Assembly (NCBI GenBank): GCA_903857825.1
Contig: CAIOGI010000001.1
Location: 127,410-191,409, forward strand
Length of the DNA: 64,000 bases
Direction of reading: 5' to 3'
Origin: Candidatus Tayloriibacteriota bacterium
GTDB taxonomy: Bacteria > Patescibacteriota > Minisyncoccia > Phycocordibacterales > PALSA-1337
Shown: one piece after another, positions 54,936 through 64,000 of the stretch
How positions within the stretch are numbered: position 1 is the first letter of the stretch
How the letters are laid out: each line of letters opens with the position of its first letter
Made by a program: the position numbers and the translations under genes
Notes under the pieces: generated by a model
What the model was told of the DNA's origin: nothing
Seen by the model: the letters and a program-made list of their open reading frames with translations, nothing else
Databases searched by the model: none

Positions 54936-55655
54936 ATGGCGTCTATTCTTACAAGATATAAACCTATAAGATTTCCATTGGAATATTGGCTGAAAACTGA
55001 TATAATTCCAAAACATAATAAAAAATATATGGAAATTCTAGCAAAACTTTTTGGAAGTTCGACCAAGGTTAAGTTGATGAGATTTTTTCTTTTTAATCAA
55101 GAATCTGTGTATTCAATGTCGGACATTGTGATAAGAATGAGATCTCCACAAAAGGATGTAAGAAAAGAGATTGATACATTGATCAATGTTGGTTTGATAA
55201 AAAAGAAGGTAGTTTCTAAAGATATTACGATTAAAAAAAATAAAAAGTCTATTGTAAAAAAGACTCAAGAAGATGGTTATACACTTGATTCTAAATTTCC
55301 TTATTTACAAGCTTTAAAAACCTTACTTATTACTGTAAGTCTAAATGCTGATGATAGTCTGGTCAAAAAGTTTGCTGGTACTGGCAGATTGAAGTTGTTC
55401 ATAGTATCTGGAGTTTTTATACAGGAATGGGATACAAGAGTTGACATGCTTATTGTTGGAGATGATCTAAATTTTAATAAAATAGATTCTGTAATAAAGG
55501 TTATCGAATCAGAAATAGGTAAGGAGATTACATATTCAGCATTTGAGACTACTGACTTTGAATATAGATATGGTATGCACGATAGATTGATACGCGATAT
55601 TATGGATTTTACTCATGTTACCTTGGTAAATAAGTTAGAAAATATAGAAAAATAA
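54936..55655 (+). CDS. hypothetical protein (possible wHTH N-terminus + nucleotidyltransferase-like C-terminus)
   Basis: 239-aa ORF. The middle region MSDIVIRMRSPQKDVRKEIDTLINVGLIKKK is wHTH-like. Assignment is weak. Confidence 0.3.
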   Translation: MASILTRYKPIRFPLEYWLKTDIIPKHNKKYMEILAKLFGSSTKVKLMRFFLFNQESVYSMSDIVIRMRSPQKDVRKEIDTLINVGLIKKKVVSKDITIKKNKKSIVKKTQEDGYTLDSKFPYLQALKTLLITVSLNADDSLVKKFAGTGRLKLFIVSGVFIQEWDTRVDMLIVGDDLNFNKIDSVIKVIESEIGKEITYSAFETTDFEYRYGMHDRLIRDIMDFTHVTLVNKLENIEK

Positions 55656-55752
55656 GCAAATCAGTATCCACAGAACTTGTAATATTTTAAAATATTTGTG
55701 TTATAATTATGACTATTAACCGTTATTAATTATTAATTAGTAAATAAAAAAT

Positions 55753-56445
55753 ATGAATTTTGTAGAAAATTGGGGTGGAGTATTTACTCAGTCATTACAA
55801 AGTATTTGGTATGGCGTGTCAGACTTCGTGCCTGTACTTGTGATTGCAATAATAATATTTGCAATCGGTTGGGTTCTAGCTTCTCTTATTGAAAAGCTTG
55901 TAGAAGGCGTTTTCAAAACTCTTAAGGTAGATGCCGCTCTAAAGAGTGCGGGATTGGAGGATGTAGTAAAGCGTTCAGGATACAATTTGAATTCTGGTCG
56001 TTTTGTGGGATCACTAGTGAAGTGGTTTGTTATAGTGGTCTTCTTGATAGCGTCTTTTGATATACTTGGTTTGAAACAAGTAAATGTATTTCTAAGTGAT
56101 GTAGTTTTGTCATATCTACCTCAGGTTATAATTGCAGTTCTTGTCCTTATGGTTTCTGTGGTTATTGCTGAGGCTGTACAAAAATTAGTCATTGCATCTG
56201 CAAGAGCTGCTCATGTTAAGTCGGCAGTTCTACTAGGTACCATTTCAAAATGGGCTATTTGGATTTTCGCAGTCTTAACAGCATTGTTCCACCTAGGAAT
56301 AGCACCTGCACTAATTCAGACATTGTTCATGGGTATTGTAGTCGCAGCAGCTCTTGCCGCAGGACTAGCATTTGGTCTTGGAGGAAAGGAGGTTGCCGGT
56401 AGAATGTTGGAGAAGACGATTCATACAGTTTCTGATAAGGAGTAA
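55753..56445 (+). CDS. membrane protein with repeated conserved TM-helix modules (MscS-N-terminal-like TM_helix repeats)
   Basis: Two similar hydrophobic modules (VGSLVKWFVIVVFLIASFDILGLKQV... and LGTISKWAIWIFAVLTALFHLGIAPALIQ...). There are 4-5 predicted TM segments. Confidence 0.45.
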   Translation: MNFVENWGGVFTQSLQSIWYGVSDFVPVLVIAIIIFAIGWVLASLIEKLVEGVFKTLKVDAALKSAGLEDVVKRSGYNLNSGRFVGSLVKWFVIVVFLIASFDILGLKQVNVFLSDVVLSYLPQVIIAVLVLMVSVVIAEAVQKLVIASARAAHVKSAVLLGTISKWAIWIFAVLTALFHLGIAPALIQTLFMGIVVAAALAAGLAFGLGGKEVAGRMLEKTIHTVSDKE

Positions 56446-56470
56446 TATTTTATAGATTTTGAAAGAACAA

Positions 56471-56491
56471 GCACTCGAAAGAGTGTTTTTT
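56471..56491 (+). terminator. intrinsic terminator
   Basis: gcactcgaaagagtgttttttc forms a stem gcactc-GAAA-gagtg followed by a U-run. Confidence 0.55.
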
Positions 56492-56502
56492 CTATTAGAC
56501 TA

Positions 56503-56531
56503 TTGACTTTATTTTGCCCTTCATATAAGAT
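56503..56531 (+). promoter_or_regulatory. candidate rRNA promoter (TTGACT-17-TAAGAT)
   Basis: ttgact at 56503-56508 and tataagat at 56524-56531, about 300 nt upstream of the 23S 5' end. Confidence 0.3.
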
Positions 56532-57373
56532 ACTCACTACACAGAAATATGTTAAAAAACTTCAATTTTAAACGGCAATAATTACGCTTTAATAGAGTGT
56601 AGAGATTGTCCGTCAAAAAGACGGTTTTTTTGTAAAAAATCTGGGGTAAAACCTAGATAACTGAACGACTGACACATTGACAATTTAATACCTCAACAAT
56701 TTCAACAATCAGGAGGTTGTTGGGGAAAAAAGGTAATACTAGGATGTGTATATATTATGAGGGTTTTTTCGAATATATGCATTGAATAGTAAGTTGTAAG
56801 TTGTAGACAAATAATTGTGGTTTTTAGATTTCCTAATGGGAAATTTAAGAGTATATGGTGGATGCCTTGGCTTCTAAGAAGCGATGAAGGACGTGGCGTG
56901 GCGACGATATGTTTCGGGGAGGTGCCTAGCAACCTTTGATCCGAAAATTTCCGAATGAGGAAACTCTCTGACTTCGAGTCAGAATTAACACGCTTGACGT
57001 GTTAATGCACACCCAGGGAAGTAAAACATTTCAGTACCTGGAGGAATAGAGACAAATATGTATTTCGTGAGTAGCGGCGAGCGAAAGCGAAAGAGCCCAA
57101 ACTCAACCTTAATCGTATTATGGGACGCAGTTTATTCTGTTGTCTTGTAATGCGATTAAGGTTGGGGGTTATAAGGTGAGAACGTACCATTTATGGTAGG
57201 AAAGTTACAAAATTTTTTGATAGAAGAATCTGCTGGAAAGCAGAGCCCCAGAAGGTGATAGCCCTGTAGTCGAAATCAAAAAATCTTTCTTGTTCTTATT
57301 CTTGAGTACCTCGAGACACGAATGGCTCGGGGGAATTTGCCGGAACTAACCGGTAAGGCTAAATATTCTAGAA

Positions 57374-57413
<40 letters not shown>

Positions 57414-57986
57414 CAGCCCGGTAAGGGCGATGAAATAGACCTGAAACCATATATTTACAAGGAGTAGAAGAGGTAGCAATACCTCGACTGCGTGCCTATT
57501 GAAGAATGAGCCAACGAGTTGATGCATGTTGCAGGCTAAGCGCGAGAGCGTGGAGCCATAGGGAAACCGAGTGTGAATAGCGCGTTAGTAGTATGCATCA
57601 GACCCGAAGCCAGATGAGCTTGCCTTGAGCAGGTTGAAGTTTGTCGAAAGACAGATGGAGGACCGAACGCTAAAGTTGTGCAATTCTTTGCGATGACTTG
57701 AGGTAAGGAGTGATAAGCTAATCGAATCTGGTAATAGCTGGTTCTCTCCGAAATAGCTTTTGGGCTAGCGTTGAACGTACCCCTCTGGGGTAGAGCACTG
57801 GAAGGTCTCGACAGGTCGAAAGATCACGAGACCTATCAAACTCCGAATACAGAGGATTAACTATTCAGCAGTTAGACGGTGGGGGCTAAGCTCCATACGT
57901 CAAAAAGGAAACAGCCTAGATCTCCATTTAAGGTCCCTAAATTCATGTTAAGTACGCTTAAGGTGGTTGAATTTCTCAAACAATGA

Positions 57987-58018
<32 letters not shown>

Positions 58019-58828
58019 GAAAGCGTAACAGCTCACTCATCGAGAGATTCTGCGCCGCAGATAATCGGGGTTAAACATGATACCGAAACTGAGGATGTGC
58101 TTTTGCTTCGGCAAGAGTACGTGGTAGGAGAGTATTCTAATCTGCGTTGAAGGCAAAGGCGTGAGCCATGCTGGAGCGTTTAGAAGTAAGAATGTTGGCA
58201 CAAGTAACCACAATGCGGGTGAGAATCCCGCACGCCGAAAGAACAAGGTTTCCTTGGCTATGAAAATCAGCCAAGGGTTAGTCGGGCCTAAGGGGATGGT
58301 GAAAACCGCACCCGATGGACACATGGTTAATATTCCATGACTTTTATGTAGAGTGACGGAGTGACGAAGTGCAGTATATGACGCTCATTATTGGATTTGA
58401 GTGCATGCTATAGGGGATTGACACAGGAAAATCCGTGTCGTGTCTTTAATGACAATTCCGAGTAGAGTGTAAAGGTAGGGGTTCGCCCTTATTTATGTCG
58501 TAAAGCGCGCTTCCGAGAAAAACTTCTAAACTTATCTATATAGAAACCGTACCGCAAACCGACACAGGTGTTCAGGTCGAGTAGACCAAGGCGAACGAGT
58601 GAGAGGTCTCCAAGGAACTCGGCAAAAAATCAGCCGTAACTTCGGAATAAGGCTTGCCCTTCGCAAGAAGGGCCGCAGCTAAAGTATCTCTGGCAACTGT
58701 TTATCAAAAACACAGCTCCCTGCGAACTCGTAAGAGGATGTATAGGGGGTGACACTTGACCAATGCCCGAAGGTCAAATATCGACGTTGTATTGTCGCAA
58801 GATGATATGGTGATTGATATAAGCCCGG

Positions 58829-58863
<35 letters not shown>

Positions 58864-59086
58864 TCTGAGTTTGTCTTCGGATGAACTCAGACGGACTAGG
58901 ACTGTTATATAGCAAAAGTGATTCGTTTTTAGATAAATTAGATTAAAATATTACATAAACAAGCTACCTGCATATGAGTAATCATATGCTGAGTCCATTG
59001 CAGTTAAATAGAGACCAACACTGCACATCCGATCTCCGTAAGGAAAGGATGAAGATAGAGTCCATCTGTGCTTAAAGGAATAGATG
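58864..59086 (+). mobile_element. ORF-less ~223-nt insertion in 23S at the conserved AAGGU|AGCGAAAUU junction (E. coli ~1917 region); candidate small intron/IVS
   Basis: The exon sequence ...ggtcctaaggt resumes as agcgaaattccttgtcaggtaagttctgac after 223 nt. The insert contains no ORF. Confidence 0.5.
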
Positions 59087-59655
59087 AGCGAAATTCCTTG
59101 TCAGGTAAGTTCTGACGCGCACGAATAGTGTAATGTCTGGAGAACTGTCTCGGAGACTTGCTCGGTGAAAATACAATATCGGTGAAGATGCCGATTACCT
59201 ACAGTTAGACGAAAAGACCCTAGAAGCTTTACTGCAACTTGATTTTGACTATATGTTTTTTATGCGTAGCGTAGATGGGAGGATTTGAAGTTTTCTTTTC
59301 GGAGAAGATGGATCCGCAAGTGAAATACCATTCTTAACAAATATATATTCTAACCTCGACGGCAAAAACGACGAGAGACAGAATCTGGCGGGCAGTTTTA
59401 GTGGGGCGCTATCCTCCTAAAAAGTAACGGAGGAGTTTATTAAGGTCAGCTAGGCGCGAATGGAAACCGTGCCGATAGTGTATAGGCATAAGCTGGCTTG
59501 ACTGTGAGACGTACTTGTCAAACAGATGCGAAAGCAGAACTAAGTGAACCGACCTTACGCATTAGACGCGGGGGAAGATTATCGGATAAAAGCTACTCTA
59601 GGGATAACAGGCTGGTTGTGCCTAAGAGTTCATATCGACGGCACAGTTCGGCACC

Positions 59656-60534
59656 TTAACTCTTGACTTAAACATCAGGAAACATCGGGGTGCCTAGAAC
59701 AGTAATGTTCTAAGTTCTTTGCACTATTAAATTTAAGTGGCAAAGTTCAAATATTTGGCTTATAACGGTGGACTCCATAAACAAGCTATTGTGTCATTAT
59801 AAAAATGATATAATAAAATTTATATGGACAATACCGCGGGAAGTCTATCTCAAATACAAAAATCAGTAATTATTGGATCACTATTAGGTGATGGGTATTT
59901 AAGAATCGTTCCAGGTAGAAAGAATGCCTTTTTGGAAGTGAATCATTCATTTTCACAAAAGGATTATGTAGACTGGAAATATTCAATACTAAAAGATATT
60001 ACTGTAAGTGCTCCAAAGAAGCGTGTCATAGATAAAGTAAGAGTTGCTTATCGTTTTTATACGAGACAGCATCCTGAAATTACTGAGTTATATAAAATGT
60101 TTTATAAGAATGGTGTAAAAATCATTCCAGATAATCTTAATATAACTCCGCTTTCATTGGCAGTGTGGTTCATGGATGATGGTAGTAAATGTAGAAAAAC
60201 TGATGTTTATTTAAACACTCAGCAATTCAATCATTGTGATCAATTAAAATTAATTGATTTGCTTAAGAAATTTAATCTTGAAGCTCGACTAAATAAGGAT
60301 AAAATATATACCAGAATACGGTTTATAAAATCTAGTTTACTAGAGTTTAAAAGATTGATTAACGAATACATTATTCCATCTATGAAATATAAAATTGAGA
60401 TATGACCCTGTAGAGACTTGATCTTAACTGATCAGAGTGTGGATAATATCTATGCTAACACGCCGAACTCCATAAAATGATTTATGGATGAAGATATAGT
60501 CCGATCCTTCTGGTAACAGAAGAAAATACGACAG
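59656..60534 (+). mobile_element. ~880-nt insertion (candidate group I intron) in 23S between GGCACC and UCGAUGUCGG (E. coli ~2500 region), encoding a LAGLIDADG endonuclease
   Basis: Exon ...catatcgacggcacagttcggcacc | ... | (g)cgatgtcggctcaacttatcctgggg. Confidence 0.6.
59824..60405 (+). CDS. LAGLIDADG homing endonuclease (double-motif)
   Basis: IIGSLLGDGYL (motif 1) and LAVWFMDDGSK (motif 2); 193 aa; located inside the 23S insertion. Confidence 0.8.
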   Translation: MDNTAGSLSQIQKSVIIGSLLGDGYLRIVPGRKNAFLEVNHSFSQKDYVDWKYSILKDITVSAPKKRVIDKVRVAYRFYTRQHPEITELYKMFYKNGVKIIPDNLNITPLSLAVWFMDDGSKCRKTDVYLNTQQFNHCDQLKLIDLLKKFNLEARLNKDKIYTRIRFIKSSLLEFKRLINEYIIPSMKYKIEI

Positions 60535-60627
60535 CGATGTCGGCTCAACTTATCCTGGGGCTGGAGAAGGTCCCAAGGGTTTGGCTGTTCGCCAATTAAA
60601 AAGTTACGCGAGCTGGGTTCAGACCGT

Positions 60628-61085
60628 TCAGAAGTGAATGGTCGAAAGACGCTAATATAGCCTATTAGCGCAAGGATTTATTGACTGTTGAACAGTCTGA
60701 ATCACTTCGAGTTTTTCGTTTGAAATAATTATGAGCGCAAGAGCTCATATAATAAAAGAATAGGAAGTAGAACAATCAAATCACGGCGGTCATGTGTAGT
60801 AATACATTTTGATCAAGTCGATTAGTATCGGTGGACCCCGTAAAAGGGTTATACCGAGGGAAGGTTGTAGGTTTTGTAGAGGAATATGATTGAAAACGTA
60901 GTAGCATATCGGCAATGCACCACCCCCTGAAGGTGGGGACGTACGCTCGACCCGTAACGCGTTTTCAATCGCCTCTTTTACAAAACTTATAACCACCCGT
61001 AGAGACTAAACATCGACATTCCAAGACGCGCAAGCGAAAAGGAATATGCTATAGTCCAATGCAATGAGTAATCATTGAAAACATG
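60628..61085 (+). mobile_element. ORF-less ~458-nt insertion in 23S (E. coli ~2585-2595 region); candidate group I intron
   Basis: The exon sequence ...gttacgcgagctgggttcagaccgt resumes as (c)gtgagacaggttggtctcctatc. The only ORF is a 68-aa minus-strand frame with no homing-endonuclease motif. Confidence 0.5.
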
Positions 61086-61149
61086 CGTGAGACAGGTTGG
61101 TCTCCTATCTACTGTAGGCGTTGATTCTTGAGGGGATTTGACTCTAGTA

Positions 61150-61963
61150 AAGTATTGCTACTTCACAAAGTAATTTGTGATGACAATGTGGCTAATAACG
61201 GTGGAATCTTAATTCGTCTGTTTCGTTGATAACTTTCATTGCTCTAGTCCAGCCATGAGAGTACAATAGTGTTATTATCAATAATACTTGAGGACCAGAA
61301 ATAATTAAGACAATACCGTGGGAAGTCGATCTAATATTCATTTAGCGTATATTGCAGGATTTCTTGATGGAGATGGAAGCTTAATGCTTCAGATCAAGAA
61401 ACGAAAAGATGGAAATAAATCTAAATTCAGATTTATGCCAACAATTTGTTTTTATCAAGATACTCGGCATGAAAAGAATCTCTATTGGATTAGAGATGTC
61501 TTGAAAATTGGTTATTTATCAAAAAGAAATGATGGAATGACTGAACTTCGAATAAATGGTTATAAACAAGTAAGAGATATTCTACAAAGTTTATCACCAC
61601 ATATTAAGTTTAAGAAAATTCAAGCAGATGCTTTGAAAAAAGCATGTGATATTCTATTAAAAACAGAACTTAAACTTCTAAATAAAATACAATTAACTAA
61701 AATTGTCGATCTAATCTTAGTAATTCAGAGTGAGAATTATGTTACTAAGAAAAAGAAAACAAAAAGTGAATTGTGTCAGATATTAAATTTGACCCCGTAA
61801 CGACTTGTTTCTCTGCTCTATGTAGAGAAACGGATGTGCACATATCTGGAAAGTTTTTTCAACTGAATGAAAAAACAGGATTGTGCGCATAATACGCCAA
61901 CACCCGAAGCGAAGGCAGGGTGAAGATATAGTCTGTGCTCCTAGTGATAGGGGAATAACGCGA
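61150..61963 (+). mobile_element. ~814-nt insertion (candidate group I intron) in 23S between CUAGUA and CGAGAGGACC, encoding a LAGLIDADG endonuclease
   Basis: Exon ...gaggggatttgactctagta | ... | cgagaggaccgagttgaactgacc. Confidence 0.6.
61318..61800 (+). CDS. LAGLIDADG homing endonuclease (single-motif, I-CreI-like size)
   Basis: AYIAGFLDGDGSLML; 160 aa; located inside the 23S insertion. Confidence 0.8.
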   Translation: MGSRSNIHLAYIAGFLDGDGSLMLQIKKRKDGNKSKFRFMPTICFYQDTRHEKNLYWIRDVLKIGYLSKRNDGMTELRINGYKQVRDILQSLSPHIKFKKIQADALKKACDILLKTELKLLNKIQLTKIVDLILVIQSENYVTKKKKTKSELCQILNLTP

Positions 61964-62302
61964 CGAGAGGACCGAGTTGAACTGACCTCTGGTCTGACTG
62001 CTGTTCTACCAAGAGCATCGCAGTGTAGCTATGTCGGGAATGGATAACTTCTGAAAGCATCTAAGAAGGAAGCCAGCCCCAAGATTAGGAATCGTTTGAG
62101 ACCCGTAAGAGATGATTACGTTGATAGGCTTTAGGTGTACGCATAGTAATATGTTGAGCCGAGAAGTACTAATCCGTCGATCCTATTAGGAAATTTAAGA
62201 ACCACAATTACTTGTCTATAACAACACAACAATATAAAAAGTTACCTTGATAAATATGTAAAAGCAGAAGTTTTTCTAGTAAAAGCTTTTAAAATAAATT
62301 GA

Positions 62303-62417
62303 ATTTTTTGTTCTGGTGGTTTGGCGCTGTGGAAACACCCGTTCTCATTCCGAACACGGAAGTGAAACGCAGTTGCGGCGATGATACTCGTATGAAGGGG
62401 AAAGTAGCTAGCCGCCG
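62303..62417 (+). rRNA. rrf: 5S rRNA
   Basis: tctggtggtttggcgctgtggaaacacccgttctcattccgaacacggaagtgaaacgcagttgcggcgatgatactcgtatgaaggggaaagtagctagccgccggtac. Helix I pairs with G-U wobbles. It has the CCGAACACGGAAGUGAAAC loop C motif. Confidence 0.8.
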
Positions 62418-62507
62418 GTACAAAGTATTTAATTTATAGAAAATTGAGACTTACTCATCGTGTCGAGTCTAATTTTGTTATTTTTCTTATTCTGCTATAC
62501 TTAACTT

Positions 62508-63287
62508 ATGTCATCATGGTCATCTAGAAGAAAATTAGCCTTTATTCTTTTCGGATTTATTGTTCTGATTATATTTGTCGCATCTATCTATTTTTTATTT
62601 ATCTATAAAGTACCAGCGTGTACAGATGGGATAATGAATGGAACAGAAACTGGGGTTGATTGTGGAGGATCATGTGTAAAACTTTGCCAAAATTCTTTCT
62701 TGCCTCCAAATATTGTTTGGGGTGGAGCAAAGTTTGAAAAGGTTACAGATGAGCTATATAATGTTGCCGCACTAATTTCCAATCAAAATATTAATGGTGC
62801 CGCTACTGATGTACCCTACAGGATATCATTGTATGATGATAGGGGAATTTTGATTAAGAATAGGGAAGGTAAGGTCACATTGTATCCACATAGGAATTCT
62901 CTTGCTTTTGATTCTGCTATAAACGTTGGTAAGAGAGTACCTGCGAAAGCAATTTTTGAATTTCTGCAGGCGCCAGTCTGGTTCAAGTCACACGATGCAC
63001 TTGATGGTATAGCAATAATAAATAAGAAATATACAGATGATAATAATTCTTCTTCACTAGAAGTGACACTAGAGAATAGAACATTATTTCCTTATGAAGA
63101 TATTTTAGTATCTGTTGTCCTATATGATAAGGATGGTAACGCTATAGGCTTTTCTAAGACAATAATTGATTCAATTGAAGCAAAGAACGGTAGAGTTACA
63201 GCACCCTTTACTTGGCCGATTGATAGAAAGGGAGCAGTCACTTCCATAGAAGTAATTCCAATAATTTCACCAACAGCTGATCGTTAG
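62508..63287 (+). CDS. hypothetical membrane-anchored protein with Cys-rich segment
   Basis: N-terminal TM helix (LAFILFGFIVLIIFVASIYFLFI), then CTDG..C..C..C and a beta-rich region. Confidence 0.4.
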   Translation: MSSWSSRRKLAFILFGFIVLIIFVASIYFLFIYKVPACTDGIMNGTETGVDCGGSCVKLCQNSFLPPNIVWGGAKFEKVTDELYNVAALISNQNINGAATDVPYRISLYDDRGILIKNREGKVTLYPHRNSLAFDSAINVGKRVPAKAIFEFLQAPVWFKSHDALDGIAIINKKYTDDNNSSSLEVTLENRTLFPYEDILVSVVLYDKDGNAIGFSKTIIDSIEAKNGRVTAPFTWPIDRKGAVTSIEVIPIISPTADR

Positions 63288-63288
63288 T

Positions 63289-64000
63289 ATGAAAAACACA
63301 ATATTTTCTTTTTTTAATAACTATAAACTCAAGGAAACAGAAGAGAAAAATGGTATAGATTGGATTTTATTCCTAGCCACACTTCCTCTATTGGGTGCTG
63401 GCCTTATGACCATGAATTCCTTTACTGGTGATGGTACTTTTTTTAATAAGCAACTCGTATGGATTATTATTTCTATAACACTTTTTTTTATTTTAAGTTT
63501 TATAGATTTTAGGTTCTTAAGAAAAACATGGATTTCGGTTACCTTATTTATATTTTCTTGTTCGGCTCTAGCGATTCTTTTTGCGGTTGGTAAGGTTACA
63601 AACGGCGCTATTTCATGGTTTAATTTTGGTATAATTTCTTTTCAACCATCTGATGCAATTAAATTGGTGGTAATAATTATACTTGCTAAATATTTTTCAC
63701 GGCGACATATAGAAATTGCAAATGTGAGGCATATTATTGTCTCTGGGTTTTATGCATTTGTAATATTCGCATTTGTATTGGTGCAGCCTGACTTTGGATC
63801 TGCAATCATTATATTTTTTATTTGGCTTGGTATGGTTCTTGTATCTGGTATATCAAAGAAACATTTATTTGGTATGGCATTCATCGGTGTGATACTTTTT
63901 AGTTTTGCATGGAATTTCGGTTTTCAAGATTATCAGAAAAACAGAATAATGAATTTTATCAATCCTCTCGCAGATATTCATGGCACTGGTTATAATGCGA
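63289..64000 (+). CDS. SEDS-family peptidoglycan glycosyltransferase FtsW/RodA (3' partial)
   Basis: Manual translation from ATG at 63289 gives MKNTIFSFFN...IDWILFLATLPLLGAGLMTMNSF...SFQPSDAIKLVVIIILAKYF..., a multi-TM sequence with the FQPSE-like motif. It runs off the window. Confidence 0.7.
   Translation, partial: MKNTIFSFFNNYKLKETEEKNGIDWILFLATLPLLGAGLMTMNSFTGDGTFFNKQLVWIIISITLFFILSFIDFRFLRKTWISVTLFIFSCSALAILFAVGKVTNGAISWFNFGIISFQPSDAIKLVVIIILAKYFSRRHIEIANVRHIIVSGFYAFVIFAFVLVQPDFGSAIIIFFIWLGMVLVSGISKKHLFGMAFIGVILFSFAWNFGFQDYQKNRIMNFINPLADIHGTGYNA

Noticed and set aside
56677-56705. Second TTGACA-containing promoter candidate nearer the 23S start
   Set aside because: It has a good -35 hexamer but no convincing -10 at 16-18 nt spacing. 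Too weak to call.

Overview
This is a 64 kb window from a low-GC (about 33-35%) bacterial genome with mostly housekeeping content. The inferred lineage is a Candidate Phyla Radiation / Patescibacteria-like organism. Reasons: small genes; a 23S-5S rRNA unit with no 16S gene in the window; the 23S carries four insertions, two of which encode LAGLIDADG homing endonucleases; rplK-rplJ/rplL are split with no adjacent rplA.

Annotated content:
- Translation: secE-nusG-rplK, rplJ-rplL, rpsF-ssb-rpsR, efp, argS, ileS, glyQS, metG.
- Folate/thymidylate cluster: folD, DHFR-like, dCMP deaminase, thyA, dut, tmk, NUDIX, glyA.
- recA, ftsK, recO, tatD, and ftsW/rodA at the right edge.
- Several large secreted/surface proteins: a metzincin with tandem repeats, two beta-helix proteins, and two proteins with peptidoglycan-binding domains.
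- Two paralogous RHH-RelE/ParE toxin-antitoxin pairs.

Most unusual region (44.4-50.5 kb): an accessory array of five intact NYN/LabA-like PIN-fold nuclease paralogs plus one carrying an in-frame stop, a MazF/PemK-like toxin with no adjacent antitoxin, and a DUF4065(Panacea)-RelE-like pair. Each gene is its own cassette. The cassettes are separated by a conserved ~60-nt terminator-containing repeat and one of two conserved ~125-160-nt upstream leader types.

Other notable observations:
- A structured RNA motif family of about 100-150 nt is present four times. It sits between same-strand gene pairs, immediately upstream of rplK, rplL, rpsR and efp. The outer stem covaries between copies.
- ileS carries a complete histidine-phosphatase (PGM-family, RHGE motif) domain inserted in its catalytic core.
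- A 4.2 kb island (beta-helix surface protein + RhuM) is flanked by 46-nt direct repeats that duplicate the 3' end of the DHFR-like gene. A G10 tract sits in its promoter spacer.
- A GC-rich (~60%) 370-nt element with a downstream terminator lies between ileS and recO.
- tatD is bracketed by perfect 42-bp inverted repeats.
- A 69-nt tRNA-like element has an acceptor stem and T-arm but no canonical D or anticodon arms.
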